A DNA stretch of 57,893 nucleotides from Catajapyx aquilonaris (GCA_000934665.2 JYFJ02001981.1:62001-119893), one strand, 5' to 3'; shown: positions 12,076 to 25,870, counted from the first letter of the stretch. Numbers and translations: made by a program. The notes: a model not told the origin generated them from the letters alone.

Positions 12076-15000
12076 CAGGTTTGTTACACACCTTGGAAGA
12101 TTACCAAGACCACTTTTTATGCTTTTTTATTAATTACAATTTTACATCCTACCTATTGTGCGCCATTTCCCATGATCAAAATTTCTGTGTACAGCCATCC
12201 CTTGCATACTCCACGCCCTTCCACAATTTGGGCGTGCAATTTTTTTTTGTTGCAAATCTCTCTTCTTATCAAGTCATGCGCAAAATATCGTGATTAATCT
12301 CCAGAACCAATGAAAGTGTCATTCGTGGAATTCAACCCGGCAGTGGTTGGCAGATGGTATATGAAAACAACTCATATTTATTACTTCTTTTTTTTTGCAC
12401 ATCCGCACAGGTAGGGCACGACCGAGACTTTTATCCCTTAACAGATTCCCCGCATCCCTAGAGGCATAATAAGGGACCTTTATTGTCCGCCTGCATGCCA
12501 CATTTACGTAAAGCTCAGTGCGAGTGAAGCGTGTCGACATGTTGAATGGACCGCATTTTTCACCTCACGCCAAAGCCTCTTCACCGGGAGGAAACAAAAT
12601 AAGCGGAAGAAAAAGGGGCGGCAGGGGGGGGGGGGGGNGGGGGGGGCTCCCAAAAAGCCTGGCTCCAGACCGGTTCAGAAATTACCACCAGCACCTTTTT
12701 CCATGTGGCCATCATCATCATCATAAAGTTCGATGACCTGTTGCCCACCCCTCCGGTCACTGTTCTCTTGGGCACAGCATGCAAAGAGGCACTGAGGAAT
12801 TCGCACGCCACGTCTTTTTTACACTCATCCACTTTCGATGGACGAAAAAATGAGCCTATTGCACGTCGTATGTCCACGACGGACAGTTGGGGGAAAATGA
12901 GATATCATGCCAGAAGTTGTGCAAAAACTGATGATATACGGTGACTGTAGCGGGATAATGCATGAATTGAAATCGAATGCGTGCAAGTAATGTTTTCAAT
13001 TAGGTAACGGGGATTCTCGAGGGTTTGTTTCCGCCTCCGTTTTTATGCGTCTATAAACCTGAGAATGTCCTATGACCTACAGTACAAATGTTGCGTGAGA
13101 CGAAGTGGATTTATTCAATTACGGTGCACGCTCTGGAGGAAACTGAACTGAAAGGGACAGCGATGTCTACACGGTTGAGACAACTTGCCTTTTCTCTGGA
13201 GATGACATTTTTGCTGCTACTTTGGGGTTAATTCCCATGCATATGGACTGGATGACTTGAGACGGACTAGTCTGACGAGACCAACTCGTCCTGGGAATGA
13301 AGAAAAACAAGTAAATAAAGAAAGCTGTTTGCTTTCCTTGGGGGTCACGCCGTTGGTCTTGGGCCAACAAGAATTTTTACTACTTCCGATTTTTTTTCCG
13401 TAAGTGATGGGTTATTACACGTTCATGTGTATTGTACATAGCTGAAAGTGCCAGCGTTTCTAATAAGATTTAAACAAATTGGAAAAATTAATAAATAATA
13501 TTTTCTGTATATACAGATCTGTAGAGGCATATGTATATCCACTTGATCAAATTCTAGACGAAATAAGCATATCTAAGACATAATTATATTACAAGTGATG
13601 TAATGAGGGAGAATCTCAATGTTTTGATTATTCATTGTTCAAGCCGCATTAGGCTACTTTTTGCAATCTCGTCTGATTACAGGAACGTCATTATTACATG
13701 CGTCGTAACAATCAGGAATCGCAGTGCACCACGTTTTTTCACAGCAGAACCTGAGTCTCCAATGAATGAATTTATACACATTCCACCTTCCCACACTAAC
13801 CCAACGAGATATTCATGCCCTTTCAACCCGGCCACGTTTCACATAATAAAACGTACAATAATGCTAGGTTCCAGTTCCTTGTGTTCATGTCATGGCAACT
13901 CTACCTGTGCGACCAAGCTTTAACATCTCAAGACGTCTCGTTTCCGTCGGAATGAATGGAGGGTCGGATTAAAATATGACCACACAATTTGTCCTGAACA
14001 ATACATGCTGTACATGCATTTTTCCGTACTCCAGAGCAACGTCAGCAAATCCAAACAAGACGTTGAGCCTCTCATGGTCTTGTTAGTAAAGCTCCTCGAA
14101 AGCAAACTGTGTAATTTTTTTTTTAAGGGCAGGGTTGGACGGACCATAAACTCCTGAAGAAGGTGGTACGGATGAATCAAGTGCTGGCGATAAAAGAGGA
14201 TTTGATGCGTTTTATCGGCTGGAGAAACTACATTCATTGAGCAGTCCTCGTCCCAACCCCATCTTCGACATCCGGAGCCCATTTGCACCCGGGGCAACGC
14301 CCCATCTCGGTAGCTCCCGCCAAAATTGCCCCCATTCACCAGCCCACATCATCCTATTTTTTTTGTGAGTGCAAAAAAAAGAGACCCAAAATTGTCTCTA
14401 CTTGCAACCGCATGATTCTTACCAGTCCCCAAATCCGACCTGTATTCCGCACACCCGACACGTGTCTGGCTGTAAATCCGCCCGGACTCAATTCCAGCTA
14501 ATTGGGCAGTGAAGGAAAAAGTGCTAGGCTTAGCCTATATGCCAGCTGGTGCTCCAGGGCGGGCATAGCCACCATCATCAGCAGACACTCGCAAATCAGG
14601 ACCAGCAGGTCTTCCCGCTCTTCAAGGGGCATGTGTGACCTTCCCGAGTCAATGACCTGTGCATTTTCTCCTACCTACCCGCCAGCTATTATGTCCAAGC
14701 CATAAACACGCAGACAAGACGCACTTTGTAACACACTAGTTTATGTTTCCGACCATTCAAGTTTGTATGTGAGCGCACAGAGATTTTATTATTTTATGAC
14801 GGAAGAAACAGTACTTGTCGCATCTTGTTAGTGGAAGTAGCGGATATGTTTTTACGCTTATATACTCCCTATTAGCCTCGTTTTATTTTAAAATTGCGAT
14901 GCGGTCGTGACGATGCGACGACCTGACATATGGTAACTTTTGTACTCGTACGTTAGTTGTGTACCGTTTCCATATATTATTTAAGGAGTTGGAAAAACAA

Positions 15001-16408
15001 AAGCGTGCAATTTATCGAGGAGGCGCCTCGTCTCGTGATCTTTGCTCTGAAACGGTTTCTTCTGTGAGGTCGAGGATATCCCGCAAAGTCTGGACTGTTC
15101 ATTTGCAACAAACTGTTGGCATCAGTCGTTTTTAGGAGAATTAACAGTGTAGCACTACCGGGTGGTGCACACAAAATGCAGATATCGAGTTCGAGGTTAA
15201 CCGATGTTTTACCTAAACAAATTCAGTATACTAGTATAGTGTAATTTAAATATGCAAATAAAACTGTGTGCACATTACTTTATGCCTCGAAATGCACTAT
15301 GTGCAACGAATCATAGCGCAAGCACTGCACATAAACTGCAAATACAGCATATGTCATAAACACAACAATAGTATGCAAATGTGACAGCGGTTTAAAAGCT
15401 AGCTATCGTGTATTTTTTAAAATAGTATATCCATCAGAAGATGGAAAGTACACCTTTAAGACAGGATATACAGTATATTATCACCCCCCCCCCCCTCCTC
15501 AATAATATCGCTACAATCCAGGGTAGTGTCGAGTTAATGAATAGGTTCACATTTGTTTGTAGTTAACGTTAAGCAGAATATCTGCCCTCAACTTGGGAAA
15601 ATGAACTCCAACTTCTCCTCTCACCCACTGATTGAGTTACATTATGCACATCGTACTTTTTATTCAGTACGGGTCACTGGAGCATGCCACGCAGAAGAGC
15701 CGGATAAGCTTAGAAGGCACATAAGCGTAATTATCCACCCTGCAGCATGAAACCGCCGCTAAACACCCCTTGGCAGCTCCCTTCAAATCGCTAAATCCCT
15801 GCAGCACCATCGATCCCCTTTTTTAATTCATTAAATCCACACACTCAATATTTAACATGCATACAATCCATCTTATCTCCAACACCATTCCCGAATCGGT
15901 CATATCCCCGCTGGAACACAAAACGGTTTGTAAACCCTGCACTCCCAGAGAGCGAATAATTGCATCCCCCGCCATAAGCCGCGTGAGGTCACAATTACAA
16001 GACCCTGGGACCACAAAGGAGTGGAACATAACCCATCCGAGCACGGGTAGCTGTACCCTAAACGGACCCGTTATCCCAGATGAGACGACACAGCCAGTGT
16101 CGCTATTCCAACCCACGCAGAATCCACCTTAACGGATTGCACCATGAGAATACAAGAAGAATCATCTCCTGGTACTTTGCCCTCTTCATTCTTTGCCCAC
16201 CCTTTTTTTTTTGCCATCTTCTTCCTAGTCTGTGGCGATGCTTCTTTTTTCACCCCCTTCTCCACACCCAGCTCCCATCTCCAGCTTGGAGGGGGGCTGG
16301 AACGGGATAGGTGGAAGAAGAAGGCATAAATATGGCGTAGGCAGCAAGGTAAGGGCCACTTTGGAACTTGCTTCACGGACCTCAAGGGGCTTACTCCGTA
16401 ACGTCAGC

Positions 16409-18177
16409 ATGAAGTTGGCGGTAAGTACCTGCAATCATTCATTCATAAACTGTAAGGCACACGCTCAATGAAAAGATTGGCTGACATATGACTTCAAATG
16501 ACATCAATGTCACTCAATAATAAGCGATTCATTTAATTTGTCAATGGCTTGAAAATTGCACCCATGCCAAGTTCCTGGCATGTATACCACACTAATTACA
16601 CGTGCACAGGCAGTAATTAACACGTTGTAACGCTTAAACGCATGTGCATCCAATAAAGCAATATCGCGCTAAAAATTTGCCAGCAGCCAATCCAGTCGGA
16701 TTCGCTTCACCGGAACGTGACATTTTCCGATTGATTAATGTCTGGCCCCTCAAATACATCTTCCAAACCAGCAACGATGTCTAGATATTTCAATCACACG
16801 AGTGCTTTGCTGTATCCCACCTAACTCCCCTCTCAAAAAATGTGGTGCCCATAAAGTTCTGAGGGGCGACCACGCCCAACACATTTCTACCTGATTGCAC
16901 ATTTGATAAAGCTAACAATGTCTTTTTCAGCTGTTCGTGGTGGCTTGGACCCTTTGGGTGGGGACTGAATCCCAAAGGTACCCAAATTATTACTACTACG
17001 ATGGCGCAGTGTCACCGGCAGTCTACAGAGCCAGAAATTATTACGAAGGAGAGCCCCGCCAAGTACAATACTACTACATGCCCAGGTACACCAGAAGAAG
17101 GGGAGCTTTTAGGAACACGAACGACGGACCAGTCGAAGCTCAGGGATCCAGATATGTAAACGGCCCTGGAGGTGGTCCAGGAGATGGACCAGCCTACAGA
17201 TACGCAGGTGGACCGGTTGGAGGACAGGGTGACGGACCCGGATACAGATACGTGGGTGGTCCTGGACAAGGGTACGTTCCGTCAGAGCCTGGCCCAGGAT
17301 ACGGTCCTGGATATGGACCTGGATACGGACCAGGGAGACCACGACCGGTGGCTGCTGCGGCCTTCAGAAACAGAGGACGAAGCGAACCACCAGCTTCAGA
17401 CGAAAGTAAGCCATCTACCATATTGTTGTGTAGCGGTCCAGCTTCTTTGGACGGCTACAACCGGCTGCGGTAATCTAATGGAGCTGGATGAACAAACTTC
17501 GGTCTTTATGGCATATTAAAGTTACAGTTTTTTATGCTGTCTGCACCCTTCATGATATGTTGTTTCATGTAAAATCGCTTGCCTCAAATGTCAGTTCCAA
17601 AATATCCAGCAGTTCACATCAACAGTTATTAACATATTGCCGAGTATCCTTCGAATAGCACCATTATATTATATACGTACCATCAGTTTCACTCAAGGTG
17701 GTAATAACTGCTGGTTTCCCAGTGGTGAATAGTGTTTCTTGTGGCAAGCAGCTTTATTGAATTTGGACAATGTCGGGACAGTTGGCCTGTCCCCATTATT
17801 TTGTCAGATCCATACAACACACTACTTTATAAAAAACCCTGTGCAATTCTTTGACTGCAGGCGACGACGACGACGATGAGGGTCCGTACCAGTACGTGCC
17901 AGTGAGGCGAAGGGGAGGAGGTGGCGTTGGTGGCGGGAGAGGAAGAGGGGTCCCGACGCGAGCAAGAGTGGACGACGACGACGAAGACGACGATGACGAC
18001 GACGACAACGAATGGGAAGAAAATTCTCCCCAGTACTACGTGTACTCCGGCAGAGGAAGAAGCGGCGGTCCTCCACCTCCGTACAGACGAAGAAGGCAAC
18101 GGCCCAGCAGGCGATATTACGGCCCAGCAGCCTACAGGTGGTGCCAGGGGAGAATCTGCGTCCCCGTCTACAATTGA
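16409..18177 (+). CDS. Orphan secreted Tyr/Gly/Pro/Arg-rich low-complexity protein, 267 aa, 3 exons (16409-16420, 16931-17405, 17861-18177)
   Basis: ATG AAG TTG GCG|GTAAGT, then TTTTTCAG|CTG gives signal peptide MKLALFVVAWTLWVGTES-Q. Exon 2 ends GAA A|GTAAG (phase 1) and joins TGCAG|GC GAC in frame. Contains GPGY repeats, poly-Asp blocks, Arg clusters and C-terminal WCQGRICVPVYN*. CATAAATA TATA-like box near 16325; AATAAA at 18658. A 4-codon first exon is common in arthropod cuticle and structural protein genes. Confidence 0.85.
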
Positions 18178-20761
18178 TCACTTGTACCTAAGCCAGCACC
18201 TGTACAATAATTGACCCTCACCTCAACCCAGTCCGTGATAGCAAGTATTACAATACTACCACTCACTACCCATGTAAATGCCCCGTCTCCAGCTCCAGCC
18301 ACTTGGCGCCTATCGACCACAGCCAGGTAGAGCTGCTCACCTGGTCGCCTTGGAAACTAACAAGCTGCCAATGAACGACCAGCTTCCCGCGTAGCCCCAT
18401 CATAACCCACCCCTCCTTGTATGGTGCACCCTACCCCCATTCCCCCCAAAAAAACACAATTTTTTTAAAGGTGGAAGAGAAAGAAGAAAATAATAATATC
18501 GTTTTGGAAGCCTTCTTTTGAATCCAACTCTCTCGGAGAATGCTGCGGGCGAGGAACCCGGTCGTTCAACTTTGCATTTAATTTATTGAAGCTTTTTTGT
18601 TGTTCGTGAACAGGAAAGTGAAAAGCTGGAACCATTACGTGCTAACATGACGTTGCTAATAAAATTATAACACTGCCAATTTTTTTTTAAACCCCCAACG
18701 CCCTTCATCTTCCCCTTCCCACATTATTAACACTCGACCCGTGCACTCGACGATGCTTCTGTGCAGCGTGGTTACTAAATGTACAGTAAGTGTTGCCGGT
18801 AAAGATTATCTCATCAATACCTTCTAAGTTTACAGGTGTGTGCTCCAGAGCCACTTAACAGAGGTACTGCTGGTTACACGGTGTTATAATATTGCACATA
18901 AGCCTCGAGGATACGAATGCAGTTCTATCTCTGGATAGAGACTTATATAATGATCAAACAGTGCATGACTTCCTGGTGAGCATTTCCGCTAGATGGGATT
19001 ATCCGAATAGCAAATCGCATGAAGCGGAATTAACCTTCGTGGCTGTGCGACATTTTCAGGATGTCAATTTGCATCACTAGCTTCCGAGGGATTGCAAAAA
19101 ATAAAAACAAAAAACTGAACCAGCGGTGCTTGTGCACCGGTATGCAACAAAGTTTGGGAAACTTTTAGTACTGTACCACACAGTATCATTATATTTGTCT
19201 CGTAATTTTGTTTGCCAACGTCCTTGTGCAAATACAATAATAATACAGCTTCGTCTTTATTCAGGACATTCGGTCGGCAGAATGTTACCTTACAAATGTC
19301 GTAATCATTATGGAAATTTGCATACAATTTACTGCACTGTACTGTACAGTACACACGAAATACTTTAGGAATAAAGCAGCACTGCCAGCTGTGCAGGTGC
19401 TTCAATATGAAATAATAGAAAATAGAAATAGAAAAACACAGTTCAGTTTTACTTTTCATCTGACATCATTACGAAAAACTTCCACTTCAAATTTTGGGGG
19501 CCGTGGGGAAAAGAACGATCCTGGCATGGATCCTTTGTTATTTCTCAGCACTTCCGCATTGCAAAAAAAACAAAAAATTGGATTTATTTTGTCCTTCACT
19601 CTGGGGCCCTGAATATATTCACCAGGTTACGTGAGTCCCAACAAACGGCAGGGCAGACAGGAGGTTACGTAAGTCACTCCCGTTGATTTTTATGATGGCA
19701 CTACAATAGCGGTATCACATATGAACAGTCACGAGAAAAAAAGATGAGGATGGACCTGGGTCAGGAGATCCCACGAATTCAATGTCACACGTACACCGGT
19801 AGAGGCGTAGAGCCCATCATTTTGCTTCGACTGTATGGTTGAAATTCCAGGAAGGCAAATTCAGCTTCGATAAGAACAAAACAGAATTTCTCACTGAGAT
19901 GGTCACAAAGTCGCCGCTCATTTGTATGCCTTGGAGACTCTGGTCTACCACTAGAATCCGCCCTGTCACAAGTTCGAGAGTCTCTGTGACTCTGAATAAT
20001 GTAGCTGGGTCGAGGGGTTATTTGCCAACAAGAATTTAACCAAGCGAGGTAAAGTCAAATAATTCTACTGAGCGTAGGTATGGAGAGGGGGCTGTCAAAT
20101 CATGATGAAATGGTAGTCTGTTGTGGGCTTAGGACCGGTCAGGGTAGAAATGCAATTTTCCTTGGATCTCCCATGTGAGACCGGGTCCTCCCCTTTTTTG
20201 GCCAATCTTAGAGACAGAACTGGATCAACATTGCAAGCGAGAAAGATCATGGCCAAGATGGCAGGAGTAATCCTGGGAAACCCTACCTATCCGTCTTTTC
20301 CTTTGCAGCCTGAGCTGCCTTCATTCTTTATTTCATATGTTACCTGTCAAGCACCATGGAGACGTGAGATTGCACTTTCATCCGCCTGAAATCAACATAT
20401 TGAATTGCTCCATTTGCTCCTCCTGCATGTTTCATTTCTGGCTCTCACTCATGTCGATTGTCTAGTCTGCCAACCTAAATCAAGTTTAAACTGCTTCCAC
20501 CGAGAAGTAAAATCAACATTTTCAAAAACACTGCATTGCTGTTTTCGGATTTCCATGTCTTATCAACAGTGGAAACATACAGTTTGTTAAGTCACAGGTA
20601 AATACATGGTGTCAGTAACAAAATTCGTGTAGATGTTTTGATAATCAACAAGAACCCGCAAATACTGAAACAAGTTACGACCATCATATACTCATGTTTA
20701 CCTACATAATACACACAGCTTATATTACATTTTATTGCATGAATGTCAAATTTTATAATAT

Positions 20762-21010
20762 GAAGGGGTTAGTGCCATAACGTGCTAAGCCACACTTTTG
20801 TGTTTTTTGAGCTTGCACGTGTCTGAAAGTCCCACCATCGTGCTTCACAAGTGGGCATCACGTAGTTAGAAAAATTCCCCATAGATCACGAGAAAATCAC
20901 GAATAATGTTCCTTGTTTTGTATGATTTGCCATATTAAGCCAAACTTTTGAAAGCCCATATCTCAGAATGAAGGTTTTGTGGCTTAGCACGTTATGGCAC
21001 TAACCCATTC
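20762..21010. mobile_element. ~250-bp MITE with 33-bp TIRs, flanked by ATAT (or TA) duplication
   Basis: GAAGGGGTTAGTGCCATAACGTGCTAAGCCACA (20762-20794) versus TGTGGCTTAGCACGTTATGGCACTAACCCATTC (20978-21010), 1 mismatch. ATAT at 20758-20761 and 21011-21014. Confidence 0.85.
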
Positions 21011-21446
21011 ATATACTCGTACAGTGTAATTATATTAGCTGCTACAATTGAAATGTCAATTTAAATTATGCCACATGAAAATCTCATGATCAATAATCCC
21101 AAGCATCAAGAGGGTATAAGCAGATAATACAGTTCTGAAAATTTTGATCCCTGGATTCTTGCCCTGCCAGATCACAACTTGAAGCTCGTCACATGAAAAG
21201 TCAAGCAGATTCCACAGTTAGGCTACCACACACAACACAAAAGGTGAGGAATACTAAAATAATTAGTCAGCTATGAAACTCAACAAATTTATTTGCCCCC
21301 GTGTCCACTGCAAGGTGTGCATTGATTAAACCGCTGCAAGTGAAAATTCTTGTGTGCCAAGTAATCACAAACATCTTAAAATAAATTATGGCACTAAAAA
21401 ATCACGAATTATCAATTGTAACTGGACAACTTAGAAGCAATGCATG

Positions 21447-22581
21447 TCACCAAACTTGCCAAGGTGGTTGATTCAAGCGATATAGGGACAAGTGGCTAAC
21501 ATTTACTGGTATGTTAACAAGAGCATATGGTAGATGTAGTCTCTCGAGGGTTTTCCTAATCATGTACCTGAAAAATCAACATCCTTTATGAAGGTAGATG
21601 CAATTCCAACAAAGGTACAACAAGGACCTCACCCATTTTTTCCAACCATGAAGGCAACTGGAACATGAACTTTTCGCTGAGTGCTGTCATCAATCATCTC
21701 AACAAAGCTAACGTCGTCAGCATGGTCACGATCTGACACAAGCAGAGCCATAGCACCAGCCTGCTGAGCTCGGATAGCCTTGCTCACAAAGGAACATTCA
21801 CCCCTCTCTGCCAAAGCGATTGCCCCTTGGAGGTCTTCTGAATTTTTAGGAGCCCCACAGCCACAAGGAGGGTCCACAGGCACAAGGCGCATCATCTTAA
21901 GCGACTCATTCTAAGAGAATAGTAAGCAGTTCAATGAAAACATGTTGGTACCTTGTTTGATACAGGTAAAAAAATATGCATAGTCTATCTTCCAATATGA
22001 AACCATTATTTTGCCTGAAAGTGACTGACAAGCCTTATTCAGTTGTTCCGAGTGAAAAGCTTGCAATACAAAAGAGCACGCAGAGGCCACACCACAAAGC
22101 TGAAGGCAAATGCAATTGAAAGCTGATTGATGTACGTCCCTGCTGTATTTTTTAAATGTGCCAGGCGATCACGTCTTTACCAGTATCATGTGATGTCAGA
22201 GCCATTCAACAATTCGGCAACTGCTTCAAACAGTACCATTGAGTAAACCCTGCCCAACTTACAAACAAGATGCCGAAGTCATTGGTGGGCTTGACTTTGT
22301 ACATGTAGGCAATCTCAGGTGGTTCGACCACCTCGAAGAAGAGGTCCTGCCCTACGAAGTCCCCTGCTCCGGTGCCGTCGTAAAAGTGAAGGTCGTTGCC
22401 TACAAAAATGACCGAATGGCCGAGTGAGATGCGCTCTTTTGCATATTTTGAAATGAATAAAAAAAAAGTGGGGGCAGAGAGAAACAGAGAGAGAGAGTGG
22501 CTCACCCCTGTTGAGTCCCAGCTTGACCAGGGCCAGGAGGATGAGGCAGACGGATGGGAGGTGTCCCCAGGCCGGACTCAT
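21447..22581 (-). CDS. PRADC1: Protease-associated (PA) domain-containing protein 1, ~203 aa, 4 exons (22581-22506, 22399-22263, 21910-21633, 21567-21447)
   Basis: Signal peptide, then FFEVVEPPEIAYMYKVKPTNDFG...IALAERGECSFVSKAIRAQQAGA...EMIDDSTQRKVHVPVAFMVGKNGYMIRKTLE...NQPPWQVW*, matching the PRADC1 family. All GT-AG junctions are in phase. An alternative upstream in-frame ATG lies at 22656. Confidence 0.93.
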
Positions 22582-24502
22582 CTCCCTCAGTCGGTCAAGA
22601 AGCGGGCCTCCACGCCCTGCGAGCAAGGCCGACTCACAAACGCCATGACACCTCATCCAAATGGGAGATGCCGGTAGTAGGGAGGGTGAGGTCGATACTA
22701 TCACGACGATACTATCCTCACAGCGCCACTTTCGAAAGGTTTTCGAGTATGAAAAATTCCCTGGCAGATCAACGAGAGATAGTAGTATGTAGAAGTATCA
22801 AAACTGTACCTGCAGGGGTGAAAGTGACTGACAAATTATTATTAACAGCTGAATTGATACGTCCCGCTAGTCCTTACTGGACAAGTGTCCGTTATGCACG
22901 ACAAAAATAAATGAAAATTTTCTACATGCCGAACAAAAATTATGTAAGTTACTGGAAATTACTATCGATTGGTCGTCATCGGTCGTCATGCATGGTGCGT
23001 GTAAACGGTTGCTACTTCCAGGTTATCGGAGTTGTCTGAAAAGTACTGTAGGTTGCAGGGGATATGGATGCCAGGGTGACGGACGGTGACGTTCGGGGAA
23101 GGCGGTGTGTTCCTCCACGTGTCGTTCTCGTTAAATTGAATGTGTAAGTACTGTTAGGGAGGGATATGGACTTTTAGTTCAGCATGTACATTTTCAAACC
23201 CATTTTTGCAGGGAAAAACATCCAAATCTGATTATGTTTTGAGTGGGATTCCACAGCCGCGTATAGTAGCCTACCTTTTGAAAAAGACCGTACCAACTAT
23301 GAATGATGCCATAGGCATAGATAAGGGGAAGTTTTCAAACGTTCAAAAAATCAGAGTTACGTATACTGCTCTATGGATGATCCAATATATGCAAGATGTC
23401 ATTGATTTAAAAGAAATATACCAGTATTCATTCCCTATGGTCTCACGACCAGCTATGACCGAAAAGTCCAGCATGTGCGGCAGTGCTTCACAATATAAAA
23501 CAGTGATCTTCCTCTAATTTGGTCATTATCATGTGCGATGTGCCTACTGCACGTACTTGGTAAAAAAAGTATTTATATCATATTAAAAAGTGACAAAATC
23601 CCAAATATCAAAATACTGCATGCAAACATTGGCGGTGCCAGTATTTCTTCTTTGTAATGATGTATTTTTCCAACAGAAAGATCATCCAACATGTTGTATA
23701 TCTGCAGGTGATTTAAATAATTATGTTGCATCGTCGTATCAGCTGCATTTAAAAGGCTGCATCTTGACGTTGATTGTGTTCATAAATCATCTTATCAAAT
23801 ATGACAGCTCTGCAAAATGTATAGTACCACTCCGTGTACAAATGAGCGAAAATCCAGGAATGCCGGCCTAATTAACTGATTGCAAAGAGCCCGTAGCGGT
23901 AGCCGATATTTTAAAATCGTTACAACCTTCGTCGAGGTCGTGCATAGCGATTCCTATCACTCCTGTATAACATGAATACCGGTATATAAGTTGCGTTTTA
24001 AAATCACAACCAGCATAAATACAACTGTATTTTCATTTATCTGCACATTGTCTTGCATGTTCAATGCAGTTCAAGAGACACACGGTCGCAAGTTTTCCCT
24101 TGGCCCTGTTACACGGTGTAGCTTCAGAAAATAATAATGATGGAAGAATCGGCAAGGTCGAAATGTGCAGAAGCATCATCATCATCAGTGCCGGTGGAAT
24201 AGAAGGACGTGCAGGAATCCCCCGTGCAGCTGCAGGGCGTTGCCCTCCATTTTTGGCCGCCCTCTAAGCCACCGAGCGACTCTTTGGTGCATAGTCCTAC
24301 CTGCCGGGCCCAAGCAATGTCCTCGGCACCGAGGTCACTCACACCCCCGACATGGAATCAGAGGAAGAGCCCGAGCGGCCTCAGTCTTCTCTAAACCTCT
24401 CCTAAGCAGCCATCTCTTCTCCCATACTCTTCACAAGGTAAAGTGTTGTCTCGCTTTATATCACGGTCTGCATCTGATGTCGACATTTCCAGATTTGACA
24501 CC

Positions 24503-25870
24503 ATGAAGACAGTGACTGTGGCTCTACTAGCCATGAGCCTGAGGCTGTGCCGAGGGCAACTGGTGGTAGGGCCCGGTGGAGACACCCCCGGCGTGGTTGG
24601 CCCCGAGGCGGCAATCAACTTCCCGAGTCGGTCAGGCTTGATGGACACCCTGAGGGACCTCCGCGCGTCTACAATGGTGGAGCTCCTGGAACGGACGGGG
24701 CTGTCCGAGGTCCTTCGCGCCTCTGGTCCATACACCGTCCTGGCCCCTAGCGACGACGCCTGGGAGCGTCTGCCCCGGGCAGCCAGGCGACGCCTGCAGG
24801 CCCAGCCCACCCTCCTGACCGACCTCCTGATGACCCACATTGCCCCTGGGAAGCTGCCATCCAGAACCATACTGGACCACCAGAAGCTCCGCACTCTGGC
24901 CAACCGCACCCTCACGTTCAGGCTCTTCGCAGACAGGGTTCGTTACCCACAAATGTTCACTGCTTGTAACGATGGGCGTTGACTGATTTTCGACCTTTTG
25001 TAGAAACCGAGTGTGAACCACGTGACTCTGACCCTGATGGACGCCACCGCCTCCAACGGTGTGGTACACGTGGTCGGAGACGTCATCTTCCCTCTTCCGG
25101 CTGAGAGCGTCATGCACGTGCTCGACGAATGTGACCAGTTTCAAATACTGCGCCAGTACATACGCGAATCCGGCTTGGAGGAAAAACTGATCAGTTCTGG
25201 TAAGTCACTTCACCATCTTCGGATACTCCAAAATAATATGTGCGCAGAATGTTTCATAATGATTCAAACCAACAGCAACATGGTGAACTCCTGATAGATA
25301 TCGCGTTCATTTCTTTGCAGTTGTGGCAGTGATGGTACAAAGATTCTCCTCAGAAAATGTGACAGTTTGTTCTCTTTTCAGACGTGTCCATGACTCTGTT
25401 GGCACCGACGGATGAGGCGTTCCGACTGGTCACTTCAGAATCGGCCAAAGAACTGTTCCGGAATGACGACATCACGGATCTCAACAATGTCACTAGTTTA
25501 ACCAGTGAGTATATAGGCTATTATACCCTGTCTCCCGTACTTCATCCGCTTTGGCACTGACACCGTGTCGTTGCGCAGGGACATTGCTGCACCACTTGGT
25601 TATGGGATCGCAGTTTAGCCCAGCTCTTCGGGATGCCCAGCAACTACTGTCAGCGGCAGACACGGACATTGACGTCGGCGTCAGAAATAGTGAGTTGGCC
25701 TCTGTCTCGTGACATTAGAACTTAAATCGATTTGCCTTTCACTTTGTCTGCTCTGTCTAGATCGTCTACGAGAAGTGGGTGTGGCAAGGGTGGTCAAGTC
25801 AGATCTCCCGGCGGCCAACGGAGTAGTTCACGTCATAGATCGAGTGCTACGTCCTGATGATATTTGCTGA
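24503..25870 (+). CDS. Secreted fasciclin (two FAS1 domains) protein, TGFBI/periostin-like, 324 aa, 5 coding exons (24503-24937, 25004-25199, 25382-25504, 25579-25689, 25761-25870)
   Basis: Signal peptide MKTVTVALLAMSLRLCRG. FAS1 H1/H2 motifs occur twice: GPYTVLAPSDDAW...ASNGVVHVVGDVI and MTLLAPTDEAF...AANGVVHVIDRVL. Splice phases are consistent; likely 5'UTR intron 24438-24492; AATAAA at 26018. Confidence 0.9.

Noticed and set aside
3570..12650. Poly-C/poly-G runs with a central N (near 3582, 5426, 8245, 12638)
   Set aside because: Probably homopolymer sequencing or assembly uncertainty; ORFs crossing them (poly-Pro/Gly) are not credible.
9844..16132. Numerous 60-140 aa ORFs in the gene-poor interval
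   Set aside because: No signal peptide plus splice-site chain or recognisable domain; consistent with random ORFs.
19920..19955. CLGDSGLPL resembling the trypsin GDSGGP motif
   Set aside because: Short frame bounded by stops, with no His/Asp catalytic motifs nearby.
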